DNA from: an uncultured bacterium
GTDB lineage: Bacteria; Chloroflexota; UBA5177; JANWHV01
Assembly (NCBI GenBank): GCA_963827235.1
Contig: CAWHAE010000009.1
Coordinates: 928,001 to 992,000, forward strand
Direction of reading: 5' to 3'
DNA length: 64,000 nt
In this document: piece after piece, positions 21,201-32,910 of the stretch
Numbering within the stretch: the first letter of the stretch is position 1
Layout of the letters: every line of letters starts with the position of its first letter
Notes under the pieces: model-generated
The model's input: only the letters and a program-made list of their open reading frames with translations
Told to the model about the DNA's origin: nothing
Database searches by the model: none
Position numbers and translations under genes: made by a program

Positions 21201-21684
21201 CAGAACTGCATGGTGCTGTGATGGCCCGTGGATTTAGGGGGATTGGGCGATATCCCCGACGTCCGCCAGGGACAGTGGTAGATCTGCAGGCGCTGGTTTG
21301 CTGGGCTGTCCACAATCGGGTGCCTGTCAAAGGCTGCTGTGCCATAGGATGATCGCGTAAGAGTTGTCGCTCGCGGTGGTAAGGATGTGGTCATGATCCG
21401 TGAATCTGGGCGTCACGCTCTTGTTGATCATCCGCCTGCGACGCGGCAGTGGGCTGCACCGGCGCGGCCACCAAGGCCGATGGCGGTGCGGGTCGGACCG
21501 CCGCGCATCGCACCTGAAGCGCGGCAGGCGTGGGAGCGGTCCTCCTGGGAGGCCCCGGTGACTTCCGGCGTCTGGGGGGTGTTGCGGCGGGTGATCCGAA
21601 CCATGTGGGCCGACTGAACGGTCGGTCTCACTTGCCCGTCCTGCTCGGCAGAGTGCGCGCAGGGTTCCTTGGTGTTGCGGCAAC

Positions 21685-22690
21685 TTAGGGACGTGGCCAC
21701 GCCGGCTGCAAAATCGGGGCCAAGCAGCGCACGTTGCATTCCTTCTCCCGGCTGCTGTCAGGCGAGCGCAGCTTCAGCCAGCGGTGCAGCGTGGCGCACA
21801 AGCTTGCTAAGGCTTGTGAGCACGGCCAGCAGCAGAACCACGGCCGAGAACACCAGCACCGTCGAACGCTGCCGATACGCTCGAGCAGGATGCCGGCGAG
21901 TGCAGCGCCAAGGGGTTGGGTGCCTAGAGCGAGCAGGCGGAACACGCTGTTCACGCGCCTCTGCAACTCGTCCGGGATGATGCGCAGGCGGTAGGAGTAT
22001 TGGATGGCGTTATAGATGGGTCCGGTGAGGAATACTCCGGCCAGGACGGCTCCGAGCAACAGGGGGCTGGGTACAAGCGCCAGGATCGGCCAGAGGAGCG
22101 CGGTCAGCCAGACGGTGCCGGCGATCACCTGACCGAAGCGATAACGGCGCTGGAGACGGGGCGCCAGCAGGGAGCCGACGAGGCCGCCAATACTGGCGAT
22201 TGAGAAGATGAGACCTATCGCGGCCGGGGGAACGTGGTGCTGACGAGCCACCACGATCACGATGAGGTCGATGGCTGCGTTACAGAAATTGAGCCCGCCG
22301 GTCAGGAAGGCCATGTAGCGGATCAGGGGCTGTCGCCATAACCAGAGAAGGCCTTCCGCGATCTCGACTCGCAACGCACGTGGTGCAGCCGTCCGTGTCG
22401 CCTGAAAGGGCGTGCGGATGAGGCGGAGCGAGGCAACTGACGCGGCATAGGATACGGCATCGACGAGGAATGGCACAGCGCGCGCCACGCTGAACAAGAC
22501 TCCGCCGAGCGGCGGGGCGATCAATCCCGCGGTGATCTGGCCGCCCTCATTCTGGGCCGTGGCAACGGGCAGTTGTTCCGCGGGAACGACGCGTGGGAGA
22601 CAGGCGGCCTCGGCAATGTTGAAGAAGACGAAGAGCGTGCCGCCGATCAGGGCCGTCGCGTAGAGTTAGGGACAAGGGTCAACCTAGGTG
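21685..22690 (-). pseudogene. MFS transporter, 5'-truncated, with nonsense codon and frameshift
   Basis: Reads LYATALIGGTLFVFFNIAEAACLPRVVP...EIAEGLLWLWRQP...IIPDELQRRVNSVFR; in-frame TAA at about 22666-22668; first helices missing; shift near 21870. Confidence 0.75.
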
Positions 22691-22730
22691 GGGAACGCGG
22701 AGGCTCTGTAGAGGATTCGCCCCCAATGCC

Positions 22731-24668
22731 TCACTCGACGGCGATCAGGAGCTCCGGATCGAGAACCAGAGCTACGCCGCCGTCGGCAAGCACGGCGGCG
22801 CCCGCGATGCCGTCCGAGGCCAGGCAGGCGTCCAGTGGCCGTATGGTGACCTGCTGCCGCTGGCCGATGGCGTCCACGATCAGTCCGCAGGATCGCCCGC
22901 GCAGGGCCAGCACTACAATCTCGCGCGTCGTGGCGCCGTCGCCAGCTTCGCCCAAGCCGAGCAGCGCGGAGAGCGACAGCAGCGGCACGAGCCGTTCGTC
23001 GCTGACCACGACGCCGTGGCCCCCGGCTCGCCGCACAGTGCTCGCCTGCACAGAGAGCGACTTGCGTACCACGTCGATCGGAATGGCATAGCGCTCGCCA
23101 GCCGCTTCGACCAGCAGGACGTCCTGGGCCGACACGCAAACAGGCAGGCGCATGGCGATGCGCGTGAACGTTCCCGGCTCCGAGGCCACGGTGACCTCGC
23201 CGCCCAGCCGGCCGACGTTGGCGTGCACGACATCGAGGCCGACTCCGCGCCCCGATATCTCGGTCACCGTGTTAGCCGTGCTGAAGCCGGGACGAAACAG
23301 CAGGCCGTAGGTGGCAGCGGTCGAGAGCGATGCCGCTTCTTCGCGCGAGATGATTCGCCTTGCGATCGCCGTTTCACGCACGGTCTCCAGGCTAATGCCG
23401 CGCCCGTCGTCTTCTATCGTGATCACGACGAAGTTCCCTTCCCGGGACGGACGCACCTGCACCAGCCCATACGGATCCTTTCCGGCTGCCACACGTTCGT
23501 CCGCCGGCTCCAGGCCATGATCCACGGCGTTGCGCACCATATGCAGCAGCGGGTCGGTGATTGCTTCCGCCACGCCCTTGTCTATCTCCGTATCGGTGCC
23601 GTGCGTCTCGAATCTGACGCGCTTGCCGGTGCGCGCCGCCACGTCGCGCGCCACGCGCGGCAGTCGCCGGAAGATGGCGTCGAGCTGGATGAGGCGCAGA
23701 TCCAACGTGGATCGCTGCAGCTCGTCGACCATGCGCCCAAGGCTGAAGGCCAACGCTCTGCCGTTCGCGCACACGCCGTCGCCAAGCCCGGCGCAGTCCA
23801 GCGAAGCGATGAAGCGCTGCAGGCTGTGCCTCATAGCGACGAGCTCGCCTGCTTGGTCGACGATCTTGTCAATGCGCTCGGCCGCCACGCGCACGAAGTG
23901 GGCATGGACGGGACTTGCTGCCGCGGGTTCCGCCGGGGCAAGCGAAGCGGACGAGCTCATGGCCGGATCGACGGGTTGCGCGACGGCCGGGCCGGTACGG
24001 TTCCCGGCCAGCAAAGCGTCCAGACGCTCGAGCAGGACGCCGGCCATTGCCGCGACCGCATCGGCGGGCGGTCCCGCCTCTACCAATATCGTCTCAAGGT
24101 CGCGGCGTGAGGCATAGGCTGCCGCCGCACGCAGTGCGTTGAGCACGCCGCCGTAGCTCGCGCGCGCGGCGGGGTCTGCCGGATCGCGCTTCAGGCGCTC
24201 GATCGCCGTGCGTAACGTGTCGCACTGGCGGCGCACCACGCTCTCGAACGCTTCCCGCAGGGCAGCGTCCGCGTCGTACGCGGCGGCGGCCGGACGGCCG
24301 CCCGTCTCGAGCGCATCCAGCAGGGCGGCAGGAACCTGTGCCGGTTCGTCGGGCCGCGCCAGCAGCTGTCGGAGCGCGTCGAGGCCGGCAAACAGTGCGG
24401 CCACGCGTTCCTGGCTGGCGGCCGGACCGCCGGCGGCCCGCTGGGCGGCCTGCTCGAGGGCGTGGGCCAGGGTCTGAATCGGCGCCAGGGCAAGGTAGCC
24501 CGCGGCACCCTTGATGGTATGCATGGCACGCATGAATTCTTCCTGCGCCGCGCCATCCAGTACCGTCGCCTCGCCGCGAACGAGAGCCTCTTCTGCCACG
24601 TCCAGGTGTTCCAGGGCTTCGGCGACGAACTCGGCCATGAAGCGGGAGCGAGCCTGCTCATTCTCCAT
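22731..24668 (-). CDS. cheA: Chemotaxis histidine kinase CheA (second copy)
   Basis: Hpt RAMHTIKG, DPLLHMVRNAVDHG, DDGRG, PGFSTA..SGRGVGLDVV, CheW-like C-terminus. Confidence 0.93.
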   Translation of the reverse strand: MENEQARSRFMAEFVAEALEHLDVAEEALVRGEATVLDGAAQEEFMRAMHTIKGAAGYLALAPIQTLAHALEQAAQRAAGGPAASQERVAALFAGLDALRQLLARPDEPAQVPAALLDALETGGRPAAAAYDADAALREAFESVVRRQCDTLRTAIERLKRDPADPAARASYGGVLNALRAAAAYASRRDLETILVEAGPPADAVAAMAGVLLERLDALLAGNRTGPAVAQPVDPAMSSSASLAPAEPAAASPVHAHFVRVAAERIDKIVDQAGELVAMRHSLQRFIASLDCAGLGDGVCANGRALAFSLGRMVDELQRSTLDLRLIQLDAIFRRLPRVARDVAARTGKRVRFETHGTDTEIDKGVAEAITDPLLHMVRNAVDHGLEPADERVAAGKDPYGLVQVRPSREGNFVVITIEDDGRGISLETVRETAIARRIISREEAASLSTAATYGLLFRPGFSTANTVTEISGRGVGLDVVHANVGRLGGEVTVASEPGTFTRIAMRLPVCVSAQDVLLVEAAGERYAIPIDVVRKSLSVQASTVRRAGGHGVVVSDERLVPLLSLSALLGLGEAGDGATTREIVVLALRGRSCGLIVDAIGQRQQVTIRPLDACLASDGIAGAAVLADGGVALVLDPELLIAVE

Positions 24669-24762
24669 GCGATTTCCCTGGCCCGGTGAGACGGGCCGGC
24701 CACGCGAGTGGTTCCTCCTGCACGAACGGGGGCGCCTGCTCAGCGAGCTCTGCCACGGCGAC

Positions 24763-25698
24763 TCACTTTCGGTACACGATCTGGCCGGCCATGCGGACCG
24801 GCTCGAAGCCAGTGGTGATGCGGCTCACCGATTCGGAGTGACCCAGGAAGATATAGCCGCCTGGCCGCAGGGCGCCATGCAAGAGCTCTACCGCCCGGCG
24901 GCGCGCCGCTTCGTCGAGATAGATCAGGACGTTGCGGCAGAAAATGAAATCCTGATTGCGGATATCCAGTGCCGCGGATTCGTCGAGCACGTTGGCGTGG
25001 CGGAACTCGACTATGCGGGCGATGGACCGGTCCACGCGGAAGCTCTCGCCGTCCCGTCGGAAGTAGCGTTGTCTGTATACGTCCGGCACGTCCTTGAGTG
25101 ATCGCTCGCCGTAGCGGGCGCCGCGGGCGACGTCCAGGACTGCCTTGCAGATGTCGGTGGCGGTGATGTCGAACGTCCAGCGATCGAGGTCCTCGATCAT
25201 CTCGCGCAGGATGATCGCCAGGGTGTAGGGCTCTTCTCCGGTCGCGCAGCCGGCGGACCACAGGCGCAGGTGCGTGTTGTCGCGCGCCCGCTTCTGCTGC
25301 AGTACTTCCTGGAGGCAGTTCTCGGCGAACACTTTGAGCTGAGGATACTCGCGAAAGAAGTAGGTCTCGTTCACGGTCAGTGCTTCGCAGAGAAGCTCCA
25401 GCTCGCGTCCGTCGTCACCGTAACGCAGCCCGTGGTAGTAGTCGAGCGCACTGCTCGCGCCGGTCTCCTCGATACGCTGCTGGAGGCGGCGCTCAACGAA
25501 GTAGGTCTTGCGTTCGTCGAAAGAGAGTCCGGACCTGGCGTAGACCAGGTCGCAGAAGAGCGCGTACAGCGCGGGATCGAGTGGCGGCATCGCACCGGCA
25601 CCGTCCCCGGTCTCGGCACCCGAGGGCACGGCCGGGTCCGCCAGGCAGCCGCGAGCGGGGCGGCTCATGACCTCGCAGTCCCGCCACGCCCGCCGCAT
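24763..25698 (-). CDS. cheR: Chemoreceptor methyltransferase CheR
   Basis: LTVNETYFFRE, WSAGCATGEEPYTLA, IFCRNVLIY, LGHSES. Confidence 0.95.
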   Translation of the reverse strand: MRRAWRDCEVMSRPARGCLADPAVPSGAETGDGAGAMPPLDPALYALFCDLVYARSGLSFDERKTYFVERRLQQRIEETGASSALDYYHGLRYGDDGRELELLCEALTVNETYFFREYPQLKVFAENCLQEVLQQKRARDNTHLRLWSAGCATGEEPYTLAIILREMIEDLDRWTFDITATDICKAVLDVARGARYGERSLKDVPDVYRQRYFRRDGESFRVDRSIARIVEFRHANVLDESAALDIRNQDFIFCRNVLIYLDEAARRRAVELLHGALRPGGYIFLGHSESVSRITTGFEPVRMAGQIVYRK

Positions 25699-25699
25699 G

Positions 25700-26797
25700 C
25701 TAAGCCAGTCTCCTCACGGCGCGCCGGATCTGCATGGCGATCTGCGTGCAGGGAGCGACAATCGCGGCCCCGCCGCGTGCGATTGCCTCGCGCGGCATGC
25801 CGAACACGACTGCGGATTCCTCCGACTCGGCAATGGTGATGCCGCCGGCGCCCCGGATCTGCACCATGCCGTTTGCTCCATCGCTGCCCATGCCGGTCAG
25901 CAGCACGCCCACTGCCCGATCCCGGCAGATCGTTGCCACCGAGTCGAAGAGGACGTCGACGGAGGGGCAGAACTGCGTGCCCGTGGGCAGCGCGCTGAGG
26001 TGCGCGCAGAAATGCAGGTCGCTCGTGCGTTGGGTGACAGTCAGATGGCTTCCGCCGGGAGCGAGATAGGCGCAGCCGGGCCTCAGCGGCTCCATATCGG
26101 CGGCCTCCTTCACGCTCAAGGCAGAATGGTCGTCCAGACGCCTGGCCAGGGAGGCGGTGAAGAGCGGCGGCATATGCTGCACGATCAGCACCGGAGCCGG
26201 GAAATCCTCCGGCAGGAGCGGCAGGATCTCCATCAGCGTCTGCGGTCCACCGGTCGAGACGCCAATGGCCACGGTCATAGCGCTGTCGGCCGGCGGGCCC
26301 TTGGCGGCGCCGGGGCCATGCGGCAGACGTGTCACGCGCCGCAAGTCGCCGCCTGCCCGGGGGCGAAGCCGCGCCCGGGCTGCCATGCGCACTTTCTCCA
26401 CGATCTCGCCGGTATGCCGCTCGATGTCGAGCGAGACGGCTCCCGACGGCTTGGCGACGAAATCGACGGCACCCAGGGACAGGGCCTCGAACGTAGCCTG
26501 CGCGCCTTCCTGGGTCAGCGAGCTCACCATGAGGCAGGGCGTGGGCCGAGTCATCATGATCGTGGCCAGGGCGGTGAGACCGGATATGCCCGGCATGTTG
26601 ATGTCGAGGGTGACCACGTCGGGCTGCAGCTCCGACACCTTACGCACCGCCTCGCCGCCGTCGCGGGCAGTGCCGGCTACTATCATGTCGCTCGCGCCTT
26701 CCACGATGGCGCTGATCTGCCGGCGCATGAACGCGGAGTCGTCGACCACCAGGACCCGGATCATCCCCGTTTCTCGATCGGCCATCGGGACCTTCAC
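25700..26797 (-). CDS. cheB: Chemoreceptor methylesterase CheB
   Basis: Receiver domain VVDDSAFMR/TLDINMP; GVSTGGP, VQHMP, LTGMGSDG. Confidence 0.96.
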   Translation of the reverse strand: MKVPMADRETGMIRVLVVDDSAFMRRQISAIVEGASDMIVAGTARDGGEAVRKVSELQPDVVTLDINMPGISGLTALATIMMTRPTPCLMVSSLTQEGAQATFEALSLGAVDFVAKPSGAVSLDIERHTGEIVEKVRMAARARLRPRAGGDLRRVTRLPHGPGAAKGPPADSAMTVAIGVSTGGPQTLMEILPLLPEDFPAPVLIVQHMPPLFTASLARRLDDHSALSVKEAADMEPLRPGCAYLAPGGSHLTVTQRTSDLHFCAHLSALPTGTQFCPSVDVLFDSVATICRDRAVGVLLTGMGSDGANGMVQIRGAGGITIAESEESAVVFGMPREAIARGGAAIVAPCTQIAMQIRRAVRRLA

Positions 26798-29044
26798 AGA
26801 CTTCGCGCGGTTCGCGCGTGGGCAAGAGCCGCGGCGGCGACTCCGGCCGGATCGAGCGCGAGCGCGACGCGCCCGTCGCCCAGCACCGAGGCCCCGGCGA
26901 TGGCGCCGCCGGCGCTGAGATAGCCGTCGACAGGCTTGACCATGATTTCCTGCGGTGGATCGAGCTCATCGACCACGAGTCCGATCCACTGGCCGTCTGC
27001 TTCCACGACAACCACCTGCCATCCCTCGCCGGCATCCGGGCAATCGCAGTCGCCCTGGGACAATCCCAGCGCGTTCGCCAGGGAGACCAGACCGACCAGC
27101 AGGCCGCGCATGGGCACCACCGGGCGGCCGTGGATCGTTCGGCAGCCGGCCGGCTCGACTGCCTCGGTGGCGCGCACTGCGTCCAGCGGCAGGGCGAACG
27201 AACCGTCCCCGGCCCGGACGATCAGGGCGCGGAACACGGAGAGCGTCAGCGGCAGATGCAAGTGGGCAGTGGTGCCCATGCCCTGATTCGAGCTCAGGTG
27301 CACGGATCCGCCCGTGCGGGCAATGTTGCTTCGCACCACGTCCATGCCCACGCCGCGACCCGAGATATCCGAGACTTCGGTGGCGGTGGAGAGCCCGCTG
27401 GCAAAGACGAGATCGAGCGCTTCCGCGTCGGTAAGCTGTGCGGCGGCGGTGGGTTCGAGCATCCCTTTGCGAACTGCGGCGGCGATGACGCGCTGCCGAT
27501 CGATGCCGGCGCCGTCATCCCTGATCTCCACCGCCACGCTGTTGCCTTCGCGCCAGGCGACGATGTCCACGTGGCCGGTCTCGCTCTTGCCCGCCGCGCG
27601 GCGCGAGTCTGGTGTCTCAATGCCGTGGTCCACCGCGTTGCGCACCAGGTGAATGAGCGGGTCAATCAGGGCGTCGGCCACCGTCTTGTCGAGCTCGGTG
27701 TCTTCGCCGGTCAAGCGGAGCTCCACGAGCTTGCCCTGCCGGTGTGCCACATCGCGCACGATGCGGGGGAGGCGCTGAGAGACGGTGCGCAAGGGGATCA
27801 TGCGCAGGCTAAGCACATCGGCCTGGAGCTGGCCCACGGCGCGGTTCACCGTCGCCGTGGTCTCCTTGATACGGCGGGTGAGTCGGGGATCGCCGAATTC
27901 GACCTCGATGAAGTGCTGCAAGTGGAGGAGCGCGTTTCGCGCGGTGACCAACTCTCCGACCTGATTGATCAGCGCGTCGAGGCGCGCCTGCTTCACGCGG
28001 ATGGTGCGGTCCTCGTCGCTCGTGGTCCGTGCTTCGCCCTCTGCCGCCGCCGCCTGACCCCGCTGCGTGTCGAGGGCTCGTCGTAGCGCCTCCGGCTCGA
28101 CGGCATTGTCCTCGACGAGGATCTCGCCCAGCCGCCTCCAGGAGCCGTCGTTCGCCGGTTCCGTGGCGACAGGCCCGCGAACGTCGGGTGCTGCCGAATC
28201 GGCCGGGTCGAGGCGCACAATCTGTACCGCCGACGAGGCAGGACAGAATTCGAAGACGGCGCGCAGATCGGCATCGGTACCGGTAGTCATGGCGATGGTC
28301 TCGAAGCCGAGATAGCACTTGACCGGGTCCATGTCGCTCAGATCGGGCAAGCGGTCCAGCAGTGGAGTCGTGCCGACGAGCGTCGCTTCCTCGGCCAGGG
28401 CGCCGAGGAGGGCGATGGGGTCCAGTCCGCGCGCGAAGGCGTCGCCGGAGAGCGTGAAACCGACGAAGAAGAGCGTGGCACCGCCGCTCACACCGCCTGC
28501 AAGCTGTTGCAGCGGCTGCTCGGAGATCTGCAAGTGGGAGGCAGGCAACCGGCCACGAGCGGTGGGCTCCTTGTGGGCGCCGGCCGGGCTACCGGTATCG
28601 GCCGGCGGGGTCGTGGTGCTGAACGCGGCGGACAACATGGCGAGACAGGCAGCGCAGTCGGGCAGGGCGCCGGCGTATCGCTCGGCAGACAACAGGGCGC
28701 GGAGTGTGTCGATACAGGCGAGAAGCGCGCTGAGGCCGTCCGGGTTGAGCGTGCACCGGTGTGCGGATGGAGTCGAGGGAGCTCTCTACCTGGTGCGTGA
28801 ACGAGGCAATCTCCTGGCAGCCGACGCCGGCGGCCGAACCCTTGATCGTGTGCGCGGCCCGGAAGGCGGAGGCAAGCACCGCCTCGTCGGACGGCGCTTG
28901 CTCGAGCGCCAGGAGCGCAGACTCCAGGTCATCGACCAGCGTCGCGGCCTCATCCAGAAAGGTCTCGCGAAACTGCGCTTTGATCTCGGGCGTGAGGCCT
29001 GTACCAGATTCCCCGGCCGATCGCGGGCTGACCATCGTCGTCAT
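26794..29044 (-). CDS. cheA: Chemotaxis histidine kinase CheA (frameshift near 28760)
   Basis: Hpt FRAAHTIKG in ORF 28589-29044; dimerisation, HATPase (HLVRNAVDHG, SGRGVGMDVV) and CheW domains in ORF 26794-28692. Confidence 0.9.
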
Positions 29045-29051
29045 GACCTTT

Positions 29052-29417
29052 CTATCCTGGAAGCACCCGCTTGATGACCTTGATCAGTTGCTCCGGCTGG
29101 AATGGCTTGACGATCCATCCCGTGGCGCCCGCGGCCTGGCCCTCGGCTTTTCGGTCGCTCGAGGCATCGGTAGTGAGCATCAGGATGGGAGTGAAGCGGT
29201 AGTTGGGCAGAGCACGGATCTGTTTGATCAGCTCGATGCCGTCTACCCACGGCATGTGCAGATCGGTGATCACCAGATCGGCCTGCTGGGCCTTCAGCTT
29301 GGTCAGAGCTTCGGCGCCATCGACCGCTTCGACCACCTGATAGCCGGACTTCTTCAGGCAGAAAGCGATCATCTGGCGCATGGTCACGGAGTCGTCGGCC
29401 GCCAAGATTGTCCGCAT
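29052..29417 (-). CDS. cheY: CheY-like response regulator
   Basis: GGAGGGG RBS; ADDSVTMR, ITDLHMP..DG, LMLTT, GWIVKPF. Confidence 0.92.
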   Translation of the reverse strand: MRTILAADDSVTMRQMIAFCLKKSGYQVVEAVDGAEALTKLKAQQADLVITDLHMPWVDGIELIKQIRALPNYRFTPILMLTTDASSDRKAEGQAAGATGWIVKPFQPEQLIKVIKRVLPG

Positions 29418-29445
29418 GTACTTATCCCCTCCCTGGGCATGATTG

Positions 29446-30879
29446 CTAGAACAGGGTGACGTTGTCTCCCAGACCGGCGTCCGGGAGGCTCTGTCTGCCG
29501 GCACCGCGCAGACGCGCGTACACGGCAGTCTCGGGCGTGCCCGCATGTCCTTGCTCGACCGCGCTCATCACAAGGTGTTCGTCCTCGACCGTGTGATTCG
29601 CCCGGATCCGCGGCAGCATCTCGCTGCTGAGGGGGCGATCGCCGATAGTGTTGCAGCGGTTGGCCAGCTCCACGAGCTCGTGCAGCGGTGCTATGACATG
29701 CTCGATCTCCTGCCTGGTGATGTCCTGGAACTGCAGCGACGTCACCATCTGCTCCACCCGCTCGTCGATCTTCTCGCTGGTAGCGTGCAGATTGTCGGCG
29801 GAATGGGCCATGGCGTCCGTGATCGCCGTGACCCGGGTCCGGATGGTCCTTGCCACGGCCTGGGAGTGGCTTACCCGCTCGTCGTCCCTCATGGCGGCGG
29901 CCGCGAGGCCCTGCTGAAGGGACACGATCCCCAGCTCGATGTCCCCGGAGAGCGCGGCGACGTCGGAGGCGGCCTTGGCCGAGCGGTCCGAGAGGTTGCG
30001 TACTTCCTTCGCCACGACGGCAAACCCGGCGCCCAGCTCGCCTGCCCGTGCTGCCTCGATGGTGGCGTTGAGGGCGAGCAATCGCGTCTGGCTGGCAATG
30101 AACTCGATTTCCTGCACCAGAGCGCGGATTGCCTCAGGCCGCCCGAGCAGCGCCTGAACGTCGTCACCCAGGCGTTTATTGTCGGCGAGCCGCAGGCTGA
30201 AGGCTTCAATCGTGGAAGCCAGCTCGTCGACTCCGCTTCCGATCAGGTGGCAACCGCTCGAATCGTCCTGCGAGAAGGTCGTCGCCAGTTCCAGGCTCTG
30301 CGCGGCCTGGGAATTGGTCGCTTCCAGCAGCTCCTGCAGACGCTCGAGCAGGCTAAGCGCCGCCGCTTCCGTCTGCCTGACCACGTTTGCCAGCTGACCG
30401 CAGAGCGCCGGCTCTATGGCGCAGAAATCCGAGACGAACCGGCGCAGGTCCGCCAGGACCTCGCTATACTGAGCCACCAGGGCGTGGCCGGCTTCCAGCT
30501 CCTGGGCGCTCTGCTGCTGTTGCGCGGCCAACGCGGCGATCGTTTCGCGGGCCTCGGCCAGGCTCGTCTCGCCGGAGAGGGCGTTGTCTTCCAAGGCAAG
30601 GCGACGTGTCTGCTCCGCGGCACGCTCTTCCCGCGCGCGCTGCACGGCGGCACAGAGCTTGTCGCGCTCCGCGCTCTCGTCGTGTGCCTGCCAGAGCGTG
30701 AGTGCGACCAAGGCCACGATACCGGCCAGGCTGAGGATATCGAGGACCGGCCAGCGGAGGCCGCCGGCGAGTCCGGCCAGGGCGACTGCTGCGGCGACAA
30801 AGGCACCGCGAGCGGGCCGGTGCCATTCTACCGCAGGCGTGCCGGTCGAGGCGTTGAGCGGACGAACTGCTGTGGACAC
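29446..30879 (-). CDS. Atypical methyl-accepting chemotaxis protein
   Basis: Two N-terminal TM helices, coiled coil, [37 protein letters not shown]-terminal DNVTLF. Confidence 0.88.
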   Translation of the reverse strand: MSTAVRPLNASTGTPAVEWHRPARGAFVAAAVALAGLAGGLRWPVLDILSLAGIVALVALTLWQAHDESAERDKLCAAVQRAREERAAEQTRRLALEDNALSGETSLAEARETIAALAAQQQQSAQELEAGHALVAQYSEVLADLRRFVSDFCAIEPALCGQLANVVRQTEAAALSLLERLQELLEATNSQAAQSLELATTFSQDDSSGCHLIGSGVDELASTIEAFSLRLADNKRLGDDVQALLGRPEAIRALVQEIEFIASQTRLLALNATIEAARAGELGAGFAVVAKEVRNLSDRSAKAASDVAALSGDIELGIVSLQQGLAAAAMRDDERVSHSQAVARTIRTRVTAITDAMAHSADNLHATSEKIDERVEQMVTSLQFQDITRQEIEHVIAPLHELVELANRCNTIGDRPLSSEMLPRIRANHTVEDEHLVMSAVEQGHAGTPETAVYARLRGAGRQSLPDAGLGDNVTLF

Positions 30880-31223
30880 TAGCTCACATCCTTCACTGGC
30901 TCGCCGTCCGCGAGCAGGAGACCGGCGAGGCCGGCCAGGCGGAGCGTCTCCTCGATTTCGGGGGAGACGTGTACACAGTAGAAACGCCGTCCATGCGCCC
31001 TCGCGGCCCGGGCGGCCGCGACGAGGATCTGGGCCACCGCCGCGTGCAGACCCGTGGTCTGGTGGAGATCGATGCAAAGGTCACCCGGCAGATCGGCGGC
31101 TGTCCTGAGTGTGATCAAGATTTCCTGAGCCGAATACACGTCAAGCGCGTCGAGCACGACTCTACTGGTAGTGCCGGGGAGATCGGTGCCTGGGTCCACG
31201 TTGTGTGCCTTTCCTGCAACCAA
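30879..31223 (-). CDS. STAS-domain protein
   Basis: [30 protein letters not shown]; position within the che cluster. Confidence 0.8.
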   Translation of the reverse strand: MVAGKAHNVDPGTDLPGTTSRVVLDALDVYSAQEILITLRTAADLPGDLCIDLHQTTGLHAAVAQILVAAARAARAHGRRFYCVHVSPEIEETLRLAGLAGLLLADGEPVKDVS

Positions 31224-31278
31224 TAGTGTCCGCGGGGCCCGGGTCGAGCCACCTGACGTTTGCGAACGACGGCCCTGG

Positions 31279-32910
31279 CTACGGGGTCGCGCCCGATGCG
31301 CTCACGGCCACGATGCCCTCGAGGTCGAGAATGATGATCATGCCGCTGCTGCCGTCGTGCTTGCCGATGCCCTTGACGAAGCTGGAGTCGATCGAGCCCA
31401 CGACGGAGGGCGGCGGTTCTATGGCGTCGGCGGCGAGGCGCCTCACCTCGGACACTTCGTCGACGATCACGCCGGTTCGACGGCCGTCGACATCGACCAC
31501 GATGATGCTCGTCGATTCTGTCGCCGACCTGGCCGGCAGCGAGAATCGCTTGCGCAGGTCGATGACCGGCAAGACGTTGCCGCGCAGGTTAATGATGCCT
31601 TCGACGAACGGCGGCGTGCGGGGCACGCGAGTGATCCTGGTCATCCAGATGATCTCCTGGACGTACTCGATGGGCACGCCGAATTCCTCCTGCTCGATGC
31701 GGAAGCCGACGAACAGCCGCTCGTCGGCGATCCGCCGTCGAGCGTCGACCTCGGTATTGTCCATGGCCGACTCCTTTCCCGTGATAGCCGCAAGCGAGTC
31801 CATGTCGGCTATCGGCAGAATCCGGCTCGCGTCGAGCAGCATGATCAGTCGCTGCCCGTTGTCGAGCTTTGCTACGCCCCGGAGTTGTTCCCCGTCGCCG
31901 TCACCGGCGAAGCGCGGCAGCTCTTCCACGGCCGGCCCTGGCAGGCTCAGCACTTCGGACACCGCGTCGACCTGCATGCCGACCACCGTGGTGCCCACGT
32001 TGGCAATGACCACGCGACTATCGTCGTCCGCGGCGCTGCCGCCGATGGCGAAGCGGGTGCGCAGATTGACGATCGGCACCACGCGGTTTCGCAGGGAGAC
32101 GACACCGTCGACGAACGGCGGGGAGTGGGGAATGCGCGAGACGTCGGGCGGGCGTATGATCTCCCGCACGTCGCCGATCGAGAGGGCGTACTCCTGATCG
32201 TCGAGCCGAAAGGTCACGACTTGCTCGCCGCCACGCCCCTGGGTGAGCGCGGGCTGCTGCTCTCTTGCGGTCATCGTCGCCTGCGCGGCCCTGGTCACCG
32301 TTTGCGCTATCTCGGACGATGGAACGATCTGGTCGACGTCGAGCAGGAGGACCAAACGCCGTCCCTCGGAGAGCTTGGCAACGCCCAGCAGCCAGGGATG
32401 GGCATTGCCGTCGCCCGTCGCGGCAGGTGGAGGCTCTACGCACGACGCGGGCACGCGTATGACCTCGGAGACGCGATCGACGACGAGCCCGGCGAGCCGG
32501 CCGTCCGCCTCCACGACCACGGCGCGCATGTCGTCGTCGGCGTCGACGGCAGGCAGGTCGAACCGGCGGCGTAGATTGATGATCGGAAGCAGCGTGCCCC
32601 GCAGGTTCGCCACGCCCTCGACGAAGGGGAGAGTTCTGGGCACTCGCGTGACGCTCGGCACACGTACGATCTCCCTCACATGACGGATCGGCACGCTGAA
32701 CTCTTCGGCGGCTACGCTGAAGGTGACGAGCTGCATGACCTCCGACGCGGCACCGCCCGCAGGACCGGGAACGACGGGCGCCGGCGCCGCCTGAGCACTC
32801 TCGGTGCCCGGAGTGTTTTCGGCAGTGCAGGGGGCGTTCTCGACGCTCTGCTCTGATGCCGTCGGGCGCGTGACGCGCGGGCGCTGCCTATTCACCTGTG
32901 CTTCTGCCAT
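31279..32910 (-). CDS. cheW: Triple-domain CheW
   Basis: Three CheW repeats, each of the form V(R/Q)EI..P.FV(E/D)G...LR..V.P...LR.RF. Confidence 0.92.
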   Translation of the reverse strand: MAEAQVNRQRPRVTRPTASEQSVENAPCTAENTPGTESAQAAPAPVVPGPAGGAASEVMQLVTFSVAAEEFSVPIRHVREIVRVPSVTRVPRTLPFVEGVANLRGTLLPIINLRRRFDLPAVDADDDMRAVVVEADGRLAGLVVDRVSEVIRVPASCVEPPPAATGDGNAHPWLLGVAKLSEGRRLVLLLDVDQIVPSSEIAQTVTRAAQATMTAREQQPALTQGRGGEQVVTFRLDDQEYALSIGDVREIIRPPDVSRIPHSPPFVDGVVSLRNRVVPIVNLRTRFAIGGSAADDDSRVVIANVGTTVVGMQVDAVSEVLSLPGPAVEELPRFAGDGDGEQLRGVAKLDNGQRLIMLLDASRILPIADMDSLAAITGKESAMDNTEVDARRRIADERLFVGFRIEQEEFGVPIEYVQEIIWMTRITRVPRTPPFVEGIINLRGNVLPVIDLRKRFSLPARSATESTSIIVVDVDGRRTGVIVDEVSEVRRLAADAIEPPPSVVGSIDSSFVKGIGKHDGSSGMIIILDLEGIVAVSASGATP